DNA of 63,955 nt, filler included, from Bacteroidales bacterium (lineage in GTDB: Bacteria > Bacteroidota > Bacteroidia > Bacteroidales > CAIWKO01): the NCBI GenBank assembly GCA_035389045.1. It is 7 parts of 7 records of this genome, joined end to end, with 100 filler letters (N's around TTAATTAATTAA, not from the genome) between each part and the next. Parts side by side here need not be neighbours in the genome. Positions count along the whole stretch, not along the records: positions 1 to 12,466 come from DAOORA010000096.1; 6 more parts are not named here. The stretch is one strand, 5' to 3'. Positions 1-9,800 of the stretch are shown here, piece by piece; position 1 is the first letter of the stretch; every line of letters starts with the position of its first letter. Made by a program: the position numbers and the translations under genes. The notes under the pieces were generated by a model. It searched no databases and was not told the DNA's origin. It saw only the letters and a list, made by a program, of their open reading frames with translations.

Positions 1-77
1 TGGCGGAATTGGTAGACGCGCTAGTTTCAGGGACTAGTATTCGTAAGGATGTGCAGGTTCGAGTCCTGTTCCGGGCA
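1..77 (+). tRNA. tRNA-Leu (anticodon CAG), 5' end cut by window edge
   Basis: D-arm TGGCGGAATTGGTAGACGCG; anticodon arm CTAGT-TTCAGGG-ACTAG; long variable arm; T-arm CAGGTTCGAGTCCTG; acceptor 3' side CCGGGCA. Confidence 0.93.
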
Positions 78-87
78 CGAAATCAGA

Positions 88-112
88 GCAGACGAAAGTC
101 TGCTTTTTTTTA
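88..112 (+). terminator. Rho-independent terminator after tRNA-Leu
   Basis: GCAGAC-GAAA-GTCTGC hairpin followed by a T-run. Confidence 0.85.
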
Positions 113-231
113 TTGGAACAGGACGAGAAGTTTATCCGCCCCTTGGCGGAAGTCTTTTTGTTTGTTTCAGAATCGTTACAGAAACATTTTGGATTTTTGT
201 ACATTTTTAAAAATATTTAATTGAAACCCTC

Positions 232-440
232 ATATATTCGATATATATGTTACTGTCTTAATTTGATGAGTACAGCCCATATGATGTTTCTTCCAAAACC
301 CTCTGTCCGTGAAGGATTTTCGTGCAGCCGTGAGCAAGATAAAGATCACTAATGAAAAATTAATGACAAGATAAAATATCGAAGAAAAAGATGTTCTCGT
401 GACAAAGAAATATTTGAACGAAACGGAATTGGCTTAACTG
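232..440 (+). pseudogene. Possible heavily decayed RhuM-family fragment
   Basis: Broken frames give IFDIYVT..YDVSSKT and KDVLVTKKYLNETELA*, resembling RhuM motifs ITDIYA..DYD and DV.IAKNYL.E.E; recognised by eye only. Confidence 0.3.
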
Positions 441-658
441 ATTTGGATTTCACTTCGCAGAACAATAAGTCCAAAAGATTGAAAATCTACGATAAACCAA
501 AATATTTCCAAAGGCCAGACAGTTTCTCAATCTACTTACAAATGACATCTCAGTTCAATTTAAAGCTGCCACAAATATCCTTAAATAATCGTTAAAATAA
601 AAATTATTATTTATCAGTTAAAATGATTAATTTTGAATGACAAATAATACCGTAATCT

Positions 659-1996
659 ATGAAAAGGGTCAGCGATGCAGAATATGAGAAAAAAAACATC
701 TTTGGGCACTATCTTCTTGAACTGAGTATCGAAAATCTGAGATGTTATGGCGATAAACAAACCATGAAATTCAGTGACACTAATGGCAAACCTTACCACT
801 GGACTATCATCCTGGGTGATAACGGATCCGGCAAAACCTGTTTGCTGAAAAGCATTGTTTCTGTAGCCCCTTCGCCCAAAAAAATCACAGGTCAATATCA
901 GGATATCCGCCTATACCCCGGCCTGTTTGACTGGAAAGAACAATGGAATCCGCAACGTCACGATGGCGAAAAGCCAACGCATATCTCCGCCGAAATAACC
1001 GGTGGCTACGGTTTTGATAATTTATTGCCTGATACCAGGCAAACACTCGAAATCATTCAGGATCATAAAAAATACGCCGATGATATAACAGCCAACAATG
1101 AAGAATACGGCAAGTTAGGGGATTTTTTGTGTTTTGCCTACGGGGCAACCCGAAAAATGGGTCATGTGAGTCTATCGGATAATAAATACTATTCTATGGC
1201 CAGTTTAAGCCTTTTTGACGATGAAGCGCCGCTGATCAATGTAGAAGAGTTTTTTTTAAAGGCCGACTATGAAGCAAAAACAGCAAAATCAAAACAATCC
1301 ATTGCTCAGCGCGACCGCATCAAAAAAATACTTATTGGTATTTTACCAGAAGTCGAAGACATAAGGATAAAAAAAGGAATAGACATCAACAGAAATGTTG
1401 TTTTGCTCACAAAATTCGGATGGGTGCGCATCAACAACATGAGTCTGGGATACAAAAGCCTGATAGCATGGGTGGTCGATTTTTCAAGTCGCATGTTTTA
1501 TTATCATCATACAAAAGCCGATCCTCTTGCTCAGCCAGCCGTCGTGCTCATCGACGAGATTGATCTGCACCTCCACCCGATATGGCAAAGAAATATTATA
1601 TCCTGCCTCAGCGAACAATTTCCCAATACGCAGTTCATTGCAACGGCTCACAGTCCTCTTATCGTGCAGGCAGCCTTAGACGCCAATCTGATCCTGCTAA
1701 AACGGAACAACGACCAGGTGGAAGTGGCCGGTAACCCTGAAATAATAAAAAACTGGCGTATCGACCAGATACTTACCAGCGACCTGTTTGGCATTTCGGG
1801 AGTACGGTCAGTGCAAACAGAGATCCTTTTACAAAAAAGAAGAGACCTGCTGCTGAAAAAAAACCTGTCTGCCGCCGACAAAAAAATGCTGGAGGCCCTT
1901 GAAGATGAAATAGGTTTCCTACCCGTAGCAGAAACACACGAATATATTAAGGCCATGCAACTGATTGAAAAAGCAGCAGGGAAACTTAACAAATAA
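659..1996 (+). CDS. AAA_21/ABC-type ATPase, PtuA/Septu-like
   Basis: Walker A GDNGSGKT, signature MSLGY, Walker B VVLIDEIDLHLHP, H-loop ATAHSP; HNH gene immediately downstream. Confidence 0.85.
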   Translation: MKRVSDAEYEKKNIFGHYLLELSIENLRCYGDKQTMKFSDTNGKPYHWTIILGDNGSGKTCLLKSIVSVAPSPKKITGQYQDIRLYPGLFDWKEQWNPQRHDGEKPTHISAEITGGYGFDNLLPDTRQTLEIIQDHKKYADDITANNEEYGKLGDFLCFAYGATRKMGHVSLSDNKYYSMASLSLFDDEAPLINVEEFFLKADYEAKTAKSKQSIAQRDRIKKILIGILPEVEDIRIKKGIDINRNVVLLTKFGWVRINNMSLGYKSLIAWVVDFSSRMFYYHHTKADPLAQPAVVLIDEIDLHLHPIWQRNIISCLSEQFPNTQFIATAHSPLIVQAALDANLILLKRNNDQVEVAGNPEIIKNWRIDQILTSDLFGISGVRSVQTEILLQKRRDLLLKKNLSAADKKMLEALEDEIGFLPVAETHEYIKAMQLIEKAAGKLNK

Positions 1997-2000
1997 CCGT

Positions 2001-2723
2001 ATGATCAGGATTATCAAAAAAACCGGAGACACCCCATCCGTACTGAAAACCAAAGGTCAGGAAGAAATCGAAAAACTAAAAAAGATGACCGATAAAGAAC
2101 GTCTTGCTTACAGGTTTTCACCTGGCATATACGGCTGCAAAGCGGTGAAGAATAAACTTAAAACCATACAAAACGACAAATGTTGTTTTTGTGAATCCAA
2201 AGTTTCTGCGGTCAGTCATGGCGATGTAGAACATTACAGGCCTAAGGGCGGCTGGATCCAAAATGATGGCGACAAACTGACACAACCGGGATACTACTGG
2301 CTGGCTTATGATTTTTCAAATCTTTTTTTGTCCTGCCAGCTATGTAATGAGATTTACAAAAAAAATTATTTTCCGTTGAGCAATCCGAATAAAAGGGCAC
2401 TGGTGCATACGCAAAAAATAAGCGACGAAAACCCCATGATCATTGATCCGGGAACTATGGACCCTTCAGAACACATTGAATTCAGACAGGAAATTGCACA
2501 CGGCAAAACAAAAACCGGTGAAGAAACCATCAAGAGAACCGGACTTAACAGGACAGAACTGGCAGATCAGAGGCTCGAATACCTGAAAGTATTAACCACC
2601 ATCGCCAAACTCGCCGGCCAGAACACTGATGAGGGTAAACAAGCCCGGAAACAACTCGAAGAGCTGGTTTCAGATAAATATATTTATTCGTTGATGGTAC
2701 AAGATACTTTTGGAAAGAAATAG
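2001..2723 (+). CDS. HNH endonuclease, PtuB/TIGR02646-like
   Basis: KCCFCE..DVEHYRPK..YWLAYDFSNLFLSCQLCN; ATG at 2001 is 4 nt after the ATPase stop. Confidence 0.85.
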   Translation: MIRIIKKTGDTPSVLKTKGQEEIEKLKKMTDKERLAYRFSPGIYGCKAVKNKLKTIQNDKCCFCESKVSAVSHGDVEHYRPKGGWIQNDGDKLTQPGYYWLAYDFSNLFLSCQLCNEIYKKNYFPLSNPNKRALVHTQKISDENPMIIDPGTMDPSEHIEFRQEIAHGKTKTGEETIKRTGLNRTELADQRLEYLKVLTTIAKLAGQNTDEGKQARKQLEELVSDKYIYSLMVQDTFGKK

Positions 2724-3051
2724 AAAAAACCTTGCAAAAGAATATTTTTTCAAAAAACAATTTTTTTAGTTTGAATGTTGATTTGACGGTATGAATAATA
2801 TTGATGGCAAATTAAAAACCGTGTAAAAAACCTTCCGAGGAAAGACCTGGAAAAATCCGTTTAAAAAGCTGCCGCTAAGGACAGAAATTTTTATGATCAC
2901 CTGCTGGTAAACTATATTGATAAAGAATCGGGTGAACAGGAATTGTATCAACAGGCAATCAGACTATTAGCCAGACGCGATTGATACTTGCACAAAAGCA
3001 GGGTATAAAAAACAAATAAACCATTAGTAATCAAAACAAAACGAAACACCT

Positions 3052-3730
3052 ATGGAAAAAGAATTGAAATCACAGGGCAGATGCCTTTACTGTGATCAGA
3101 TGTTCATGCAAAAAGGAATAGGTAAACATCTGACCGGACACCTGACTGAAATGGAAAAAGCAGACAAGGACAAGCCCACTCAGGCCTACGTTCACATAGT
3201 AGTGGAGGCCTGGGAAATGTTTTACACCTCCTGGTAAGGGGCGATGCAGAAATGGTGGTCATTGATGGTTTTCTGAAAGACATCTGGCTTGAATGTTGCG
3301 GGCATATGAGCTGTTTCAGAAATACAAATTTTGAAATCAGTAAGAGCCAAAAGGTAGGAAATGTTTTTATGTCCCGTGCTAAAATAGTTCACGATTATGA
3401 TTTTGGAGATACTACGAGAGTGATGTTACACGGATTGAAAAGTTACCAGTTGAACCTGAAAGAAAAAACAATACTGCTCTCGCGAAACGAACCCTTAAAA
3501 ATCATGTGTTCCATTTGCGGAAAGAAACCGGCCGTAAACCTTTGCACAGCATGTAATCAGGAAGATTATGCGTTTTTCTGCAAATCCTGCTCAAAAAAAC
3601 ACGAAAAAAAATGTGAAGATTTTGCCAACTATGCCTGTATGCCGGTGGTAAACTCTCCGCGTATGGGTGTATGCGGCTAAGAAGGAGGTGTTATTGACAC
3701 CGCCAGGGACGGGGTGTATTATAGGGAGCA
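3052..3730 (+). pseudogene. Cys-rich pRiA4b ORF3-like/Zn-finger protein, frameshifted and with premature stop
   Basis: ORFs 3052-3237 and 3252-3680 join with a 1-nt restoration near 3220 (EMF-LHLLVRGDAEMV). Motifs FLKDIWLECCGHMS, HDYDFGDTT, PVVNSPRMGVCG; the frame continues EGGVIDTARDGVY past the TAA. Confidence 0.6.
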
Positions 3731-3819
3731 ATGATCCGTGTCAGGTCTGTACCAAAAGAGTGGCTGAAAAACAAATGTTTTTCAGCCCCTCATCATTAAA
3801 AACCGGGTTTATTGAGATA

Positions 3820-6800
3820 TCAATGCACGAGTTTGAGTATTTGGCATTTTGACTCTTTCAATCCAGTAAATTCAAGTTTAAAAGTATACATCCCCGCTGG
3901 ATAGTTTTTTGCAGCGAATACAACCGAGTGTTTTCCAATCTGCTGATTTTCATCAACAAGTATTGATACCAGCTCACCTAAGACATTGTAAACACATAAT
4001 TTCACCATTCCGTTTTCAGGTAATGTATAATTTATGTCTGCTTTCTCATTAAATGGGTTGGGAAAAGCTGTAAACGACAAACCGGTTTCTACGTAATCAC
4101 CCTGAACAAACACCTTAGGCATTAACAAATAGATACCCTCGTTTTCATCTCCGTACTGATTCCCGATCACACCTGTTCCGCTTAAAAGGAAATCAATGTT
4201 TCCGCTTTTCTGACCAAAAAGCTTATGGAAGCCCATGATGATCAGATCATCAGCAGCAGCCAAATCGAAATGATTGGTAGTAGCGTAAAGCACCCTGATT
4301 ACTCCTTTTTCGTCTGTTACCAGCAGGTCATTGTCTTCGGCAATGATTTCCTCATAGGATGGGTTTATCTTAATAATGCCGGTTTTATTAACAGCTTTGG
4401 GTACATACACCGTTTCAAGCCGGTACTGATCATAGGGATAAGTTATTTCCAATCCTAAAGCCGAGAAATCGTTCATCTTTGAACTTATTTTCAACGGAAT
4501 TTCAAAATAATATGGATCATTGGTTGTGATAAGCTCTCCGGACGTAACGATGAAATCATCCTTCAGTGATTTCAGCCCTACCCAGGTAATAAGTGAATCA
4601 CGGTACCGGCTGCTCGATGCATTGTAATCGCCATAACAAACGGTTCTTAGTTTCACATTCATATCTTCACCGGACATGTTAATCATAGTATCAATTACGG
4701 GCCAGTTACCTTTTGGCAAATTGTAAGTTGTAGTATATGGAGACACAATCTTTGTCTTTATCCTGGCAATATCGATGGTATTTATCGTTTTACTATTATT
4801 TACATCTGCTGCTCTTTTATAAATTGCCGAGAAACATCTGGACGGATCCTGATTAGTATCACTTCCCACAAAATATTTCAACAGGGAAACATCAATAGCG
4901 TTGACATCGTTCCCCCACTGCATGGTATCAGGTGTAAATTTATCATAAGACAAAATGTAATTGCCATTTAATATATTATTAAACTGATAATTGCCGGCTG
5001 CATCACTGGTATCTCTGGCTATTTCAGTACCCGCCGGATGGCTCTTTAATATCACAATCACATTATCTATAATATACTTCGGCGCATTATATGTTGGATA
5101 ATTGGGCGCCGGACTTCCGGCATTGGCTCTACCGGTATAACTTGTTTTTCCGCTGATCGTATGCCCGATAGAAATTTTAACGGAATCAATAGTAATACAG
5201 CCATTATTATTAACAGTCAATATATATGTAGTTGCCGTTAAAGGCGATGCCAGTGGTTGACAAATATCCGGATTGTCCAAACCTGTTGCAGGATACCAGG
5301 AGCACATTCCAGGGCCGTTATTTGAGTCACCAAGTGGTAAGGCAGTGCCTGTAAATATGTTATCTGCTCCTGCTTCAGCAGCAGGCATTGCAATTACAGT
5401 TATTGTTTTTACGGCAATGTTTATGCAACCGCCAATCAAAACTGTATAGGTGATATCCGAACTACCCACTGAAATACCTGTTACTTGTCCTGTTAATGAG
5501 CCAACTGATGCAACACCGGGATTTGAGCTTGTCCAGGTACCACCGTTTGAAGTTGACGTCCATAATACGGATGAACCTGAACATATTGGTGTTATACCTG
5601 TAATGATCTGGACAACCGGTGCAGTAATTGTAACTGTTTTTATAGCTGTATTTACGCAACCACCTACTGTAACAGAATAGGATATCTCTGATGTTCCAGA
5701 CCCAATCCCTGTGACGATACCTGATAATGAATCTACGGTGGCCACATTGGGTAAGGAGCTTGCCCAGTTTCCTCCGGTAGTAGTGCTCGTCCAAACCGCT
5801 GTTGAACCTGTGCATATCGGTGTGTTTCCTGTAATCGTCTGGGGTATCGGGGCTGTAATTGTTAAAGATCGGGTAGCTGTATTCACACAACCGCCTGTTG
5901 TTACCGAATACGTGATATGTGTGGTACCCGCTGCCATTCCCGTTACCTGACCTGTCGCAATATCCACTGTTGCAACTGCAGGTGCGGCGCTTACCCATAT
6001 TCCTCCTTCCGTTGTCGCCGACCATAAGTCGTGGGACCCAACACATAAAGGCGTTGTACCAGTGAGTATCTGAGTTATGGGAGCAGTAACGGTAACTGTC
6101 TTAGTAGCCGTATTTATGCACACTCCGGTGGTCACAGTATAGGTTACTAAAGATGTTCCTGCTGAAACACCGGTAATGGAACCAGTCAATGATTCCGCAG
6201 TTGCAATACCGGAATTTGAGCTTGTCCAGGTTCCTCCTGCTGTAGTAGATGTCCAGACAGCAGAAGAGCCAATACATACAGGAGTAATTCCTGTAATCGT
6301 TTGTGGTGTTGGAGCAGTTATAGTTATTGTTTTTGTGGCAGTATTTACACAGCCTCCAATTTCAACCGAATAGGATATCACAGATACGCCTGCAGATATT
6401 CCGGAAATAATTCCTGACGAAGCATCAGCAGCAGCGATACCAGGTAAAGAACTTGTCCATGTGCCACCTGTGGTTGTTGACGACCATGTTGCAACAGAAC
6501 CTATACATAACGGGGTTGTCCCGCTGATTAACTGTGGTATCGGAGCGGTTACTGTGATCAGATTGGTTGCTAAATTAATACAGCCCCCAACTGCAACACT
6601 GTATGTAATCAGGGATGTTCCTGCAGTAATGCCGGTAATATTGCCTGACAATGAGCCGATGGTGGCCACCCCGGGAACAGAAGTTGACCATGTACCTCCC
6701 GAAGTAGTACCTGACCATACCGATGAAGAACCGGTGCATAAAGGCGTTGTTCCTGTAATCGTCTGAGCGATGGGCGCTGTTATTGTCACTGCTCTGGATG

Positions 6801-9800
6801 CGGTATTTACACAACCACCAAGTTCGACAGAATATGTTATTAATGAGGTTCCTGCTTCAATGCCCGTCAGGAAACCATCTGACTGGCCAATACTGGCAAT
6901 ACCCGGAGACAGACTTGTCCAGGTTCCCCCAGTTGTAGTGCTCGTCCAGTTGGCAGCCGATCCAGTGCATAAAGGCGTTGTTCCAACGATCGACTGAGCA
7001 ACAGGGGCAGTTATCACAACCGCCCTGGTTGCAGTATTTACACAACCACCTAATGTTATCGAATAGGTAATAATTGATGTTCCGGCAGTTACACCTGTGA
7101 TCAGGCCTGTAACAGCATCAGCTGTCGCAACGGACGGTGCAGCACTCGTCCATGCTCCCTCCGGAGTGGTACTAGTCCATATTGTTGTTGAACCGATACA
7201 AAGAGGCGTCTGACCTTCGATGGTCTGAGGAACAGGCGCTGTTACCGTAACCGTCCTGGTTGCCGTATTCACACAGCCGCCAACCGTAACCGAATAAGTA
7301 ATCAATGAGGTTCCGGCTTCAACACCAGTTACCTGGCCTGTGGATAAGCCGACTGTAGCTACACCCGGGACAGAACTTGTCCATGTTCCTCCTGCAATAG
7401 TGCCAGACCAGACAGCTGAAGCGTTGATACATAAAGGAGTTGATCCTATGATGGATTGAAGAATAGGCGCTGTTATGGTAAGGGATTTTGTTACGGTGTT
7501 TATACAACCGCCAATAGTGACCGAATATGTGATCACCGTCGTTCCCGCATTGATACAGGTTACTTCGCCTGTAGTAGGATCTATTTCGGCCACACCCGGT
7601 TCGGAACTCGACCATGTACCACCCGTTGTTGTTGATGACCATATTTCCGTTGATCCCTCACATAACGGGCTTGTTCCGGTAATAGTCTGAGGTACCGGTG
7701 CAGTAACAACTACTGTTTCAGATGCTGTTTTCGTGCAATTTCCAGAGGTAACTGAATAGGTTATTTCTGATGTACCAGCGGAAATACCGGTCACTGCTCC
7801 GGTTGATGAACTGACTACTGCAATACCCGGCATGGAACTTGACCAGTTACCGCCGCTGGTAGTGCTTGTCCAAACAGTATTTGAGCCCATACATAACGGA
7901 GTTGATCCGGAGATAATCTGTGGAGGAGGCCCATTCACTGTCAAGGTCACGCTATTTGAAACTGCAATGTTGTTAGCTTCACAATTGGTAAGATAACACC
8001 TGTAAAGGTAATTTCCTATTGGGATATTACCGCTGACACTCAAAATATTAGAATCTGCATAAGCATAGATAGCTCCTGTTGGAGATCCGTCTGTAACAAT
8101 ATTCCAGGTACTGTCCTCAAAATACTGCCATTGATAGGTAAATGGTAATGTCCCTGATAGTTCATCAGGAACTTCATTACCAACCTCAAAAGTCATATTC
8201 CCTCCGAAACAGATATTTTGATCTATGGGTTGCCCTGCTGTATTTATGGATAACGGTATGCACGGACATATCCCACCATCCTCATATGTTGCCAGATATT
8301 CATTATAATCGCCATCGGCAAATAAGCGGGGTGTTGGGTTATCAGACCAATATACTGATTCACAATCTGTTGCAGACGTTTTATAAAGAAAATTTAATTT
8401 ACATAATACCCCGTTGTTTGGAATAATAACCGGCATATCTCCCCATAAAAAACTCAACAGACGGATATTTCCATCATACGAGGGAGATGCTTGCGTAACA
8501 TCCGATATACCCGGATACCAGCCGGTCGTATTGATATATTTGAGGTTTGTTGTATCATAACGTATGGTGAATTGAAATCCTGCCAAATCATCCGGTGCAA
8601 AATTGGATAGTACAATATTAACAGCTACAGTACTGCCCGGTATAACGCCAGGTACTGTCTGTATTGTTGCAATAGGACCGCTAATGGTATCTACTTTCAG
8701 TGTCGCAGAATTTGAAGTATCAACATTCCCTCCGCTGCAGTTTGTAACATAACAACGATACAGATAGTTACCGATAGCTGTAACTCCGCTAACCGTCATT
8801 GAATCCGATGTACTATTTGAATACACCGCTCCGGTGGGCACTCCATCATTAACATTCGTCCATAAGTTCCCATTGTATAGTTGCCATTGGTAACTAATTG
8901 GTGAAGAGCCATCTGCTGAAACAGAAAAACCTGCACTTTCGCCCGGGCCTATATGTTGGCCGGCTGGCTGAACCGTTATGTTCACTCCGGTACAAACGGT
9001 ACATATTCCGCCATCTACATATGTCACCGTATATTCATTATAGTCACCGTTAATAATGGTACGCGGTGTAGGCATGTCTGACCAGTATATGGATTCACAA
9101 GATGTTGAATTTGTCTTATTTATAAAGTTTAATTTACATAGCACACCATCAATGACCATTGCAAATGATTCTGCCCAGGCAAATGTTAAAGCATGAACAG
9201 TACCATAATAAGTGGATGAAACCTCTGTCACACCAGATATTCCTGCATACCAATCGGAAGAATTTATATATTTGAGTTTTGTTGTATCATATTTCACTGT
9301 AAACTGGAATCCTGAGATATTATCCGGAGCAAAACAGGAAAGTGAAATATTAACTGCAATCTGGCTGCCGGGTATTGCACCGGAAACCGTTTGAATAGAA
9401 GCCACAGACGGACATAGGGCATTGACCATGAGTGTCGCCGGATTAGAAGAAATATTATTTGCACCGCTGCAATTGGTCAACAGACATCGATACTGATAGC
9501 TGCCGGTTGCTGTAATGCCGCTTACCGTCATTGCACTGCCTGCCTCATTTGAATAAACCGAACCGGCAGGTATTCCATCGCTTACGTCATTCCACGATGT
9601 ACCATTTAAATATTGCCATTGAAAAGTAAATGGGACAGTACCATTAACTGAAACAGAAAAAAATGCACTTCCACCTGCTGAAATACTCTGATCTGACGGT
9701 TGAACTGAAATAGACACCGGGGTACAAACAGAGCAGACTGCACCATCTTCATAGGTTACACTGTATTCTTCAAAATCACCATTAATAAACATCCGTGGTG

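Noticed and set aside
9..224. 71-aa ORF at window start
   Set aside because: Overlaps the tRNA and its terminator; spurious.
113..658. Retron msr-msd upstream of the ATPase-HNH pair
   Set aside because: No reverse transcriptase on the contig and no convincing a1/a2 inverted repeats.
3678..3680. Stop-codon recoding suggested by an in-frame TAA
   Set aside because: TAA, TAG and TGA all end conserved genes normally elsewhere, and the same gene also has a frameshift.
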